Origin: Bacteroidota bacterium
Lineage (GTDB): Bacteria > Bacteroidota > Bacteroidia > 2-12-FULL-35-15
Length of the DNA stretch: 64,000 nt
Direction of reading: 5' to 3'
Assembly: GCA_947449315.1 (NCBI GenBank)
Contig: CANFRC010000001.1
Span: 237,793 to 301,792 of the forward strand
In this document: piece by piece, positions 42,208-51,607 of the stretch
Position numbering within the stretch: position 1 is the first letter of the stretch
Layout of the letters: each line of letters opens with the position of its first letter
Position numbers and translations under genes: made by a program
Notes under the pieces: generated by a model
What the model saw: the letters and a program-made list of their open reading frames with translations, nothing else
The model's database searches: none
What the model was told of the DNA's origin: nothing

Positions 42208-43185
42208 ATGCCATTTTTCCCAATAGAATATTCTTCATTATCTGTAGACGCTTTAATGACATTATTAAAGAAGAATTATGCTATCGCCTCTGATGCTAAA
42301 ATAACCTTTTTAAAAAGAGGGTTTAACGACACCTATTTAATAGAATCGGAGCGAAATAAATTCATTTTACGTATTTACAAACACAATTGGAGAAGCATTG
42401 AAAGTATTGAAACGGAAATCAAATTCATTCAATTTCTATCTGAATCAGGCATATCTGTTTCTTATCCTATCCAGGATTTAACAAAAAACTTCATTCAATC
42501 AATCAATGCATTTGAAGGTATTCGTTATGCTGTTCTTTTTTCATTTGCTGAAGGGGAACAAAAAAGAAAACTAACCAATGAACAAGCTTATTTACTCGGT
42601 ATTGAAATTGGCAAAATCCATAAGTTATCAGAAAACAGATCATTCGGTAATACTGCACATAACTATGATATTAAAAACCAATTTAATATCAGCTTACAGA
42701 CATTAAAACCAATCCTTACACACCATATAGAGCAATACGAATACATCACCAGGTTACAAACTGAATTTGTAAATAAATTCAATTCGGTAGATAAAAGTCA
42801 ATTAGCATCAGGGATTTGTCATGGTGATCTTCAGGCAGAAAATTTTCATGTTGATTCGAAAGATCAATTTACATTTTTTGATTTCGATTTCTTTGGTTCA
42901 GGATATCTCATTTACGATATTGGCGTATTCATATGGTATGATCACAAGAACAAACCAAAAGAAATTATAGCATCCTTTTTAAAAGGCTATCAAACACAAC
43001 GTACCCTAACAAAAGATGAACTGGAGCTGCTTCCGTATTTCAGTACCTTAAGAGCATTATTTCAAATGACACTTTACTGTAAGATCAGTGATGGAAAGCA
43101 GTTACCTATTTGGCCAGCAAGAGAAGTAGCTAACTTTATAAAAAAAGTTGAAAAATGGTTTAATGAACATAAAAATCTAAGATAA
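42208..43185 (+). CDS. APH/homoserine-kinase-type-II-like phosphotransferase
   Basis: GFNDTY, ILRIY, Brenner motif HGDLQAEN, FDFD...YDIG. Confidence 0.82.
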   Translation: MPFFPIEYSSLSVDALMTLLKKNYAIASDAKITFLKRGFNDTYLIESERNKFILRIYKHNWRSIESIETEIKFIQFLSESGISVSYPIQDLTKNFIQSINAFEGIRYAVLFSFAEGEQKRKLTNEQAYLLGIEIGKIHKLSENRSFGNTAHNYDIKNQFNISLQTLKPILTHHIEQYEYITRLQTEFVNKFNSVDKSQLASGICHGDLQAENFHVDSKDQFTFFDFDFFGSGYLIYDIGVFIWYDHKNKPKEIIASFLKGYQTQRTLTKDELELLPYFSTLRALFQMTLYCKISDGKQLPIWPAREVANFIKKVEKWFNEHKNLR

Positions 43186-43215
43186 AAGGAATTACTTTTT
43201 TTTTAGATCAACAGC

Positions 43216-43707
43216 TCATTTAATTTTTTTAATCATGATAAAATCATTCATGAAGAATCCATTTCCAATAGCATTATTGACCACTTCTTTAATTATAAAA
43301 CCATGTTTAAAATAGAAATTGATAGACTTATAATTCTCTCTATTCACATACAATTCTATTGTTTCAGCTGTAGGCATTTTTGATAGCACATATTGAAATA
43401 AAGCAGAGCCAACACCTTTTGCTTGATCATCTACTTCAATGTAAAACTTATTCAAAAAATATTTTTTTTCATCTGTTGTATTTAAGGAGATGTATCCAAT
43501 CGGCCTTTTATCACTATAAACCAATGTAAATGCATGTCCTGCTTCCATTTGTTTTGAAAGGCTTGCTGGAGAATACATCATCTCCAACATATAATCTATC
43601 TGCTCTAATGTGATAATCGAGATGTAATGCTTTTTCCAAATGCTTACGGCTAGTTGGGCAATCAATGAAACATCGGCAATGGTCGCTTTTTTAAAATTTA
43701 TGTTCAT
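43216..43707 (-). CDS. GNAT family N-acetyltransferase
   Basis: QIDYML, KFYIEVDDQAKGVGSAL, VNRENYKSINFYFKHGF. Confidence 0.85.
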   Translation of the reverse strand: MNINFKKATIADVSLIAQLAVSIWKKHYISIITLEQIDYMLEMMYSPASLSKQMEAGHAFTLVYSDKRPIGYISLNTTDEKKYFLNKFYIEVDDQAKGVGSALFQYVLSKMPTAETIELYVNRENYKSINFYFKHGFIIKEVVNNAIGNGFFMNDFIMIKKIK

Positions 43708-43762
43708 ATAAATAATTTAGTATCTCTTACATTTTTTAATACGTATTGATAGCCAACAGCGC

Positions 43763-44329
43763 TTATTCCTTCACCCAATTTTCAATCATTTTTAATCCAT
43801 ACTCCGTCAAAACACTTTCAGGATGAAACTGAATAGCTTTAACATCGAACTCTTTATGGCGCAATGCCATGATGCTTCCATTTTCATCCACTGCCGTTAT
43901 TTCTAATTCCCTTGGCAGGTCGTTTTTATTGACCGCCCAGGAATGGTACCGTCCGACATTTATTTTTTTAGGGATACCTTCAAATAGCTGATCGTCAATG
44001 AGAATATCGATAGGTGTTGCCACACCATGAAAAACTTCAGTAAGGTTAGATAAAGAACCACCGAATGCCTCGGCAATGGCTTGCTGACCAAGGCATACGC
44101 CTAAAATACTTTTTGAAGATGCGTAGGTTTTGATCACATTAATTAATATTCCCGATTCCGAAGGAATTCCAGGGCCAGGAGAAAGGAGAATCTTATCGAA
44201 ACGAGTGATCTCTTCTAATTCGATCTTATCATTGCGATGCACTTCTATTTCAGCATTACTCACCTGCTCCAGATAATGAACGAGATTATAGGTAAAGCTA
44301 TCATAATTGTCGAGTACCAGTATCTTCAT
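43763..44329 (-). CDS. trpG: anthranilate/aminodeoxychorismate synthase component II (glutamine amidotransferase)
   Basis: DNYDSFTYNL, SPGPG, GVCLG, RYHSW, QFHPES; TrpG vs PabA cannot be separated from sequence alone. Confidence 0.8.
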   Translation of the reverse strand: MKILVLDNYDSFTYNLVHYLEQVSNAEIEVHRNDKIELEEITRFDKILLSPGPGIPSESGILINVIKTYASSKSILGVCLGQQAIAEAFGGSLSNLTEVFHGVATPIDILIDDQLFEGIPKKINVGRYHSWAVNKNDLPRELEITAVDENGSIMALRHKEFDVKAIQFHPESVLTEYGLKMIENWVKE

Positions 44330-44369
44330 AACTATTATAAAAAAGCTTATTCTATAGGCTATTTAGAAG

Positions 44370-45536
44370 CTATTTTTTTGACATCAATTGACTTAAGATC
44401 GCTGTAGTGCTCTCCCAATTATATTTATTAAGAACAAATTGATATCCACTAAGCCCTATTTGTTTTGCTCTATCCTCATTTTGCAATAGATCAATAATAT
44501 GTCGAGCGTATTGTTCCGGCGTATCGGCAACCAATATCTGATCATTCACCCGCGCTCCTAATGCATTATTAGCAAGCGATGATGTGATACATGGAATTTG
44601 CATGGCCATAGCTTCCAGTAATTTATTTTGCAAGCCTATACTAATCTGCATGGGTGCAACTAAGACCTTCGACATGGCAAAATTATTACGTATGTCATCC
44701 ACCCAACCGCTTACAATTACTTTATCGGAAGCCAGATTAAGCACTTTCGCATTAGGGCTCGCTCCGGAGATCAACAAACAGGTAGCGGGTAATTTTTTCC
44801 AAACATACGGCATCACTTTCTCTACCAGATACTCCACACTTTCTATGTTTGGTGGATAATTCATATTGCCATTAAAAAGTAATTCGTATTCTTTTTTGTG
44901 CTGAAGTGGTTTAAAATAAGAAGTGTCTACACCATTTGGAACAACTACAATATCTTGTTTATTAGGGTGAGGAATTAAATTTTTATCCTGTTCCGAAATA
45001 ATGACCTTGTTATTAAACAACGAAAACACTTTTCTCTCATACCTCAACAAACGTCTGTATTCCATCATCAGAAATGGTTTCATGTAAAAAGCATCGATTT
45101 TTTTTCTACGCTCCATCCCTTTAGAAAACACATCCATGTAATCCAATGTCTTCGGGATGGTCGGATATTTTTTTACGTATTCTGACGTTCTGATTAATTG
45201 ACAATAGATATGATCAGGGTGATGTTTTTTGATCAATTCATCTATTTTTCGTTGTGCTTTGTTGAAATAAAAATAACCTACCTGCAAGGGTAGACCATTA
45301 AAAAATGCCCGCAGCAGATTGAAGAAAATAGTGATTTTAGAAAATTTCACAATGGAAATTGCGACACAATATTTTTTCAATTCGGCCATTGCTCTGTCGT
45401 CCAGAACCGAATCGTTCAATGCGAATAAAATGATCTGGTGATTTTTTGAAAGTTCTTTGATCTGATTGAATGCACGCAGTTTATCTCCTTTTTCAAGAGG
45501 GAACGGAACGCGCGATAAGATCACAAATAGCTTCAT
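44370..45536 (-). CDS. GT4 glycosyltransferase
   Basis: SRVPFPLEKGDKLR, VPNGVD, GLQNKLLEAMAM. Confidence 0.88.
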   Translation of the reverse strand: MKLFVILSRVPFPLEKGDKLRAFNQIKELSKNHQIILFALNDSVLDDRAMAELKKYCVAISIVKFSKITIFFNLLRAFFNGLPLQVGYFYFNKAQRKIDELIKKHHPDHIYCQLIRTSEYVKKYPTIPKTLDYMDVFSKGMERRKKIDAFYMKPFLMMEYRRLLRYERKVFSLFNNKVIISEQDKNLIPHPNKQDIVVVPNGVDTSYFKPLQHKKEYELLFNGNMNYPPNIESVEYLVEKVMPYVWKKLPATCLLISGASPNAKVLNLASDKVIVSGWVDDIRNNFAMSKVLVAPMQISIGLQNKLLEAMAMQIPCITSSLANNALGARVNDQILVADTPEQYARHIIDLLQNEDRAKQIGLSGYQFVLNKYNWESTTAILSQLMSKK

Positions 45537-46735
45537 CCGTTTATCAAGGATTTATAGAAATTGGACAGTTTATTACAAATATTCTGATTGTCATACTTCT
45601 CTTCTACCAGCGCTCTGGCATTGCGGCCTATCTGATCTGCAAATGCAGGGTCCGACAAACAGGTGTCGATGGCATTAACAAAATCAATTTCTGTGTTTGC
45701 TATCAAAATATTTTTTCCATTTTCGTATTCAATGCCTTCAGCTCCAACAGCTGTTGAAATAATGGTTTTTCCTAAAGCCATTCCTTCAATAATTTTCACT
45801 CGCATCCCGCCACCAGAAGTAAGTGGCACAATCATGATTGATTTTGAATTAATGAATTGATGTGAATCTGGAACTTCGCCTTCCACTATAACATGTTTCA
45901 TTTCCAATTGTTTCAGCCAATCCGGCATATTCCTTCCTGCAAGATATAACTTTATAGAAGCATGTTTTTCTTGCACTTTTAACCAAACAGATTTCAGGAA
46001 CCAATTGATGCCATCCGCATTTGGACGCCAATCCATGGCACCTATATGAAACAAAGAAGGGGTTTCTAATTGAGACGTATCTTGTTTGTATTTTTCAAGA
46101 TCGATCCCAAATGGAATGTGAATGATTGGAAGGGTACATCCTTCTTTTTTAAATGAGACACTGTCCAATTCCGTGATGGTAGCAATAGCATCGTAACTGT
46201 TCAACAACCCCTGTTCATATTTCTTTAACCGTTTTGCCAGCAATTGTAAGTATTTTTTCTTAATCGGATTGCTACAATCGTGAGCCAACCGATCCCAAAT
46301 CATGAACTCCACATTTTGTGATCGAAGCACAATTTTAGCTTTCGAATACTTCCGGAGGATGGCCATATAAGGTGTTACCCATAGGGTTTCCAGATGAATG
46401 ATATCAAACTGTTCCTTATTTAGAATTTCTATTAATCTGATCTCAAAATCTTTGGAATAAAAACGGATGATATTATACGAACTTTTACTGAAAAGATTTA
46501 AAATAGCTGCAATAGGTTTTACCGAAGTATCGATAAAAACGGATTCATAAGCTGTTTTTTTTCTGTAATTGATGTCAATGTCTTCCTCTTTTATAAAATG
46601 TTTAGGAGTATTCACAGCCAGCACTTTCACATCGTTGCCTGCTTTTATTAAACCTTGTGTAAGTATGTTCATTGCAATACTTCCACCATCTTTCGGAGGG
46701 AATGGTATCTTACTGCATATTTGTAAAATTTTCAT
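45533..46735 (-). CDS. GT4 glycosyltransferase
   Basis: PFPPKDGG, IPFGID, SGGGMRVKIIEGMALG; 4-nt overlap with the downstream GT4. Confidence 0.88.
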   Translation of the reverse strand: MKILQICSKIPFPPKDGGSIAMNILTQGLIKAGNDVKVLAVNTPKHFIKEEDIDINYRKKTAYESVFIDTSVKPIAAILNLFSKSSYNIIRFYSKDFEIRLIEILNKEQFDIIHLETLWVTPYMAILRKYSKAKIVLRSQNVEFMIWDRLAHDCSNPIKKKYLQLLAKRLKKYEQGLLNSYDAIATITELDSVSFKKEGCTLPIIHIPFGIDLEKYKQDTSQLETPSLFHIGAMDWRPNADGINWFLKSVWLKVQEKHASIKLYLAGRNMPDWLKQLEMKHVIVEGEVPDSHQFINSKSIMIVPLTSGGGMRVKIIEGMALGKTIISTAVGAEGIEYENGKNILIANTEIDFVNAIDTCLSDPAFADQIGRNARALVEEKYDNQNICNKLSNFYKSLING

Positions 46736-46865
46736 AAAACCGATATTGTTTTAACTACAAGAGATAGTTCTCAAACAAGCCTCTTTTTAACAAAGATAAC
46801 AATTAGCTTTAAAAGCGATATTGATGTTTCATTTTTAAAGACGAATGCTTACTTTTGTTTTCAGT

Positions 46866-47837
46866 ATGAATACGACCGACAAATATTTAATTACAGGCTT
46901 CTCAGGATTTGTGAGCAAGCATTTTATTGATTATTTGGAAAACAATAAAATACACGCACAGATTCTTGGAATTGACATCCATGAGATGGACTTCGATATT
47001 TCAGACTATAGAAATGTATCCTGTCAATTTGAAAAGGTGGATCTTTTGAATAAATTGGAGGTGGAACGCATCATTCATCAATTCAAGCCGGATTATGTTC
47101 TTCACTTAGCTTCCTTCAGCAGTGTCGCTTTAAGCTGGAAAAAACCAGTTGAAAGCTTCACTAACAATACCAATATTTTTCTGAACCTGATCGATACCAT
47201 TCGTTTGGCTGATTTCAAATGCAGAATATTGTCAATAGGCTCTTCGGAAGAATATGGGAATATGGAAAGTGTGGATTCCCATTTAATGGAAGAACATACT
47301 TTACATCCTATTAGTCCTTATGCTGTTGCCAGAGTATCGCAAGAGATGTTATCGAAGGTATATGTGGACAGTTATAACATGGACATCATCATGACACGTT
47401 CTTTCAATCATATTGGAACGCACCAAAAGGAAATGTTTGTAATCCCTTCCTTTGCCCGTCAACTGATCGCTTTAAAAAATAACGGCTCGGAACAAAAAGA
47501 ATTAACAACCGGCGACACCTCTATTATCCGTGATTTTGTGGATGTACGAGCAGTGGTAGAAGCGTATTACCTTTTATTTCAAAAAGGAAAAAAAGGTCAG
47601 ATCTATAATATTTGTAGCGGATTTGGAACTTCATTAAACGATGTTATTCAAAAAATGGCTACCATTTTAAATATTCATGTTACTCAGAAAATCGACCCCA
47701 ATTTGGTGAGACCGAATGATAACAAAGTGATCATAGGATCGAATAAAAAAATTAAAAACGATACAGGCTGGGAAAACAGGTTTGTATTGGAGCAAAGTTT
47801 AAAAGATATAATCGAGTATTACGAGAAACGCAAATAG
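46866..47837 (+). CDS. extended SDR NDP-sugar epimerase/reductase (GDP-mannose dehydratase/Rmd-like); start ATG 46866
   Basis: LITGFSGFVS, HLASFSSV, GSSEEYG, RSFNHIG, RDFVDVR; TACTTTTG at 46850 supports the second Met as start. Confidence 0.8.
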   Translation: MNTTDKYLITGFSGFVSKHFIDYLENNKIHAQILGIDIHEMDFDISDYRNVSCQFEKVDLLNKLEVERIIHQFKPDYVLHLASFSSVALSWKKPVESFTNNTNIFLNLIDTIRLADFKCRILSIGSSEEYGNMESVDSHLMEEHTLHPISPYAVARVSQEMLSKVYVDSYNMDIIMTRSFNHIGTHQKEMFVIPSFARQLIALKNNGSEQKELTTGDTSIIRDFVDVRAVVEAYYLLFQKGKKGQIYNICSGFGTSLNDVIQKMATILNIHVTQKIDPNLVRPNDNKVIIGSNKKIKNDTGWENRFVLEQSLKDIIEYYEKRK

Positions 47838-47860
47838 GGCTGGCTTTTCGTACAATTCGA

Positions 47861-49285
47861 TTATTTTTTTCTCCTGACAAATATTTTTTTGATTGGATGG
47901 ATATAGGAATTGATATCGAACAACGTGCTATCTGAAGTCGCTTTGATAGTGAGAAAAATTCCGATTGGTAACAAAATTGCCGTTGCCATCCACATCCCTT
48001 GATACGGCGGAACTTCACCTTCTTTCGCCAGTTTCTCACCAGTAATAGAAAGAATATGGAAGGTAATAAAAAACAAAACGGATACGACCACCGGCATTCC
48101 TAAACCACCTTTACGGATGATCGCACCGAGAGGAGCTCCAATAAAAAACAAGACTAAACAAGCAATGGACAACGTGAATTTTCGGTGCCATTCAACATCG
48201 CAACGGTAAATATCGTAACGTTCCGCGTCAATATCATTTGCCATTGATTCAGCAGTAATTTTAGCATTTCTAGCCATATTCATGGCTGCTTCAATAATAT
48301 TTAATTTTTGAGCTTTAGACATCCTTGCAAAATAATTTGAGTCTTTGCTTTCAATCTTTTGAGTATCAATTTTTGCTAAGAATGCCGATGATTTACTATA
48401 ATAGGAATTGGTAATGTTTTTTTCGAAATCGGTTTTGCGTTTTTCGTTTTTTAAATGCAAAGAATCGGATGCTGTTGCCAATTGAGACAGACTAAGCATT
48501 TGGTAATTACTTTTAAAAAGATCTTCATTGGTACGAGACATCTTGAATTCTGAAAGATCGAACCGGATGATCCGTTCTTCAAATTTATCTCGCATCAAAG
48601 GATGCGACTTTTCTTCTTTCGGATTATCCGACATCTCCTTATAACTCACACCATCTTTCAAGGTCAGCACTAAAAACATTTTATCAGCTGTCTCCTCCAT
48701 TTTTCCATACTTTGCAATAAGTACAACATTGTTGCCTTGCCTTGATCGGTGATCATAAATCATAATGTCTCTCAAGGTCTTTCCATCTTTGTCTTTTTTA
48801 TTCACACGGATACTAAAACCATCCAAACTGTTATTGAATACCCCCTCCTTAAAAAGTAATGCTGGTTTCGATTCACGAACATCATACAATAAAGCACCCG
48901 CTTTTAAATTAGTATAAGGCAAGATATTATTGGAAAAGTAAAATGCGGAAATGGATAAAATAACGGTAGTAACGATCAAGGGCATCATCACTTTCTGAAG
49001 AGCCATGCCAGAGCTCTTCATTGCTGTTAACTCAAAATGTTCGCCTAAGTTACCGAAGGTCATTAATGAAGATAACAATATGGCTAATGGCAAAGCCATG
49101 GGAATAGTCGTCAGTGAAAAATAAAAGAATAATTCTGCCAGAATACTTGCATCGATACCTTTCCCAACAAAGTCATCGATGTACTTAAAAATAAACATCA
49201 TGAAAAATACGAACATCGCAATGAAAAAAGTCATCACAAAAGGACCGATGTAGGATTTTAAAATAAACTTGTGTATTGTCTTCAT
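47861..49285 (-). CDS. lptF: LPS export ABC permease LptF/LptG family
   Basis: ALPLAILLSSLMTFGNLGEHFELTAMKSSG; HRKFTLSIACL...GAPLG...RKGG. Confidence 0.85.
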   Translation of the reverse strand: MKTIHKFILKSYIGPFVMTFFIAMFVFFMMFIFKYIDDFVGKGIDASILAELFFYFSLTTIPMALPLAILLSSLMTFGNLGEHFELTAMKSSGMALQKVMMPLIVTTVILSISAFYFSNNILPYTNLKAGALLYDVRESKPALLFKEGVFNNSLDGFSIRVNKKDKDGKTLRDIMIYDHRSRQGNNVVLIAKYGKMEETADKMFLVLTLKDGVSYKEMSDNPKEEKSHPLMRDKFEERIIRFDLSEFKMSRTNEDLFKSNYQMLSLSQLATASDSLHLKNEKRKTDFEKNITNSYYSKSSAFLAKIDTQKIESKDSNYFARMSKAQKLNIIEAAMNMARNAKITAESMANDIDAERYDIYRCDVEWHRKFTLSIACLVLFFIGAPLGAIIRKGGLGMPVVVSVLFFITFHILSITGEKLAKEGEVPPYQGMWMATAILLPIGIFLTIKATSDSTLFDINSYIHPIKKIFVRRKK

Positions 49286-49362
49286 GCAGCAGCTATAAAA
49301 GCGAGCAAATATAGCAAATATTGTGCTATATTTACTGGCTTTCTAATGAGCACTGATAGGTT

Positions 49363-50814
49363 ATGAAACAGTTTTTATCTGCTAAAACAACTCCTTTTTG
49401 GTTATTCACCCTCGCGGCTATTTTTATTCTTACCCTTTCAAAATTAATTCAAGATGGCGTTTTTTTAGACGGAATGTTATACATCAGTGTATCTAAAAAT
49501 CTGGCAGATGGAATGGGAACTTTCTGGGAGCCGCATTTCAGCAAAACATTAATGACCATTTACCGAGAACAGCCACCACTCTATTCCGGATTGCTAGCTT
49601 TGTTTTACAAAGTATTTGGCACGAGCATGTATGTAGAGCGTTTATTTTGTTTTGTCTGTTATGCATTCACTTTAATTTATGTGCATAAGATCTGGACATC
49701 ACTCTTCCGAAAAGAACCGGAGATAGCAAAAAACAGCTGGTTACCTATTTTATTTTTTGCTACGATACCTGTTGTATTTTGGTCGTATGCCAATCATGTG
49801 GAAGAAACGGTGATGACCTTGTTTGCTACGATGTCTGTTTACTATTTAAGTAAAGCGCTGTTTGAAAAAGAAAAAATAGTGTTCCATATTTTATTGGCAG
49901 GTGTGTGCGTATTCTTATCTAGTTTAACAAAAGGAATACAAGGTATGTTTCCGATAACTGGCGTATTTTTTTACTGGATGGTAAAAAAGGATTTCGCATT
50001 CAAAAAGAATTTCATCTATTCCGCAGTATTGGTTTCAACACCTTTCTTGATCTATGCACTATTGATATGGGTTAATCCACATATTTGGGAAGTGATACGA
50101 TTGTATATGGAAAACCGATTAGGTATTGCCTTAAAAGGCAGTTCTTCCAATACCACCTCTAACCATTTTGAGATATTAATTCGTTTATTCAATGAGTTAA
50201 TCCCTATGTTTTGTTTAATTCTTATCATATATTTTGTGTATAAAAAAACAAAAACAATTAATGCAACAGGGCGTGATCACAATACAGAAGCATGGTGGTT
50301 AGTATTGATCGGATTATCGGGCACCTTACCTTTAATGAGTACATTGGAACAAAGAGGTTTTTATTTAGTAACGGCATTACCCTTATTTGCTTTGGCAGGA
50401 GCTATCTTGGTTGCCAATCCAATTGCCAATCTAATTGCAGGCATCCAAATAGAAAAGAAAGGATTTTTGGTATTCAAATGGATAACAATAGGATTGTTGA
50501 TCGGCTCTGTTTTATTTACTTTATCGTGTGTTGGTAAAACAAAAAGAGACAAAGAAATGCTGAGTGATATTTATGCGATAGGAGAATTTATTCCAAGAGG
50601 AGAAACCATTGGTATCCCAAAAGAGATGTGGGACTACTGGACTTTGCAATGCTATATGGTAAGATACAACTATATCAGTCTGGATGAATCAGAAAACAAA
50701 AACAAGTACTTTGCAATTGAAAAGACATTATCAAAGAAGCTTGTTCCGGCCGGATATGAATTATATCCTCTGAAAACAGAATGGATGGATCTATACATTC
50801 TGAAAAGTCAATAA
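49363..50814 (+). CDS. ArnT/PMT-like GT-C glycosyltransferase
   Basis: DGMLYISVSKNL...WEP...EQPPL first-loop motif; about 12 TM; LTKG. Confidence 0.75.
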   Translation: MKQFLSAKTTPFWLFTLAAIFILTLSKLIQDGVFLDGMLYISVSKNLADGMGTFWEPHFSKTLMTIYREQPPLYSGLLALFYKVFGTSMYVERLFCFVCYAFTLIYVHKIWTSLFRKEPEIAKNSWLPILFFATIPVVFWSYANHVEETVMTLFATMSVYYLSKALFEKEKIVFHILLAGVCVFLSSLTKGIQGMFPITGVFFYWMVKKDFAFKKNFIYSAVLVSTPFLIYALLIWVNPHIWEVIRLYMENRLGIALKGSSSNTTSNHFEILIRLFNELIPMFCLILIIYFVYKKTKTINATGRDHNTEAWWLVLIGLSGTLPLMSTLEQRGFYLVTALPLFALAGAILVANPIANLIAGIQIEKKGFLVFKWITIGLLIGSVLFTLSCVGKTKRDKEMLSDIYAIGEFIPRGETIGIPKEMWDYWTLQCYMVRYNYISLDESENKNKYFAIEKTLSKKLVPAGYELYPLKTEWMDLYILKSQ

Positions 50815-50855
50815 TAAATGCGAAATATTACTATTTTTGCATCAAACGTTTTAAG

Positions 50856-51605
50856 ATGATCAATAATAAAAAAGTAATTGTTGTTTTGCCAGCATATAAT
50901 GCTGCTCTTACATTAGAAAAAACATATAAAGAGATCCCTTTTGATATCGTAGATGAGGTGGTGCTTGTGGATGATGTGAGCAAAGACAATACCGTTGAAG
51001 TTGCTACCCGAATAGGGATCAAACATATCATCAAACATCAGAATAACAGAGGATATGGCGGAAATCAGAAATCATGTTATGATAAAGCATTGGAGTTAGG
51101 TGGCGATATTGTGGTAATGCTACATCCCGATTATCAATACACTCCGCTGTTGATACAATCTATGGCACATATTATCGCAAACAATCTGTATCCGGTTGTA
51201 TTCGGTTCACGTATCTTAGGAAAAGGCGCATTAAAAGGGGGGATGCCCAAGTACAAATATTTCTTCAACCGTTGCTTAACACTTACTCAAAATATATTAT
51301 TGAATCAGAAGTTATCGGAATACCACACTGGCTTCCGAGCTTTCTCTCGTGAAGTATTGGAGACGGTAGATTACGAAGCGAATGATGATGATTTTGTATT
51401 CGACAATGAAATGATCTCTCAGATCTTCATGGTTGGTTTCGAAATTGCAGAGATCACCTGTCCGACAAAATATTTCCCAGAAGCCTCTTCTATTAATTTC
51501 AAACGCAGTTCAAAATATGGAATGGGAGTGCTACGTGTTTCTTTTAGCCACTTTTTCTTTAAAATGGGTTTGAATAAAAACAAGATTTATAGAAGAAAAA
51601 AATAA
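50856..51605 (+). CDS. GT2 polyprenol-phosphate glycosyltransferase (DPM1/ArnC-like); start ATG 50856
   Basis: VVLPAYNA, VDDVSKD, NRGYGG, HPDYQY, GSR, EYHTGFRA; TATTTTTG at 50832. Confidence 0.88.
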   Translation: MINNKKVIVVLPAYNAALTLEKTYKEIPFDIVDEVVLVDDVSKDNTVEVATRIGIKHIIKHQNNRGYGGNQKSCYDKALELGGDIVVMLHPDYQYTPLLIQSMAHIIANNLYPVVFGSRILGKGALKGGMPKYKYFFNRCLTLTQNILLNQKLSEYHTGFRAFSREVLETVDYEANDDDFVFDNEMISQIFMVGFEIAEITCPTKYFPEASSINFKRSSKYGMGVLRVSFSHFFFKMGLNKNKIYRRKK

Positions 51606-51607
51606 AA

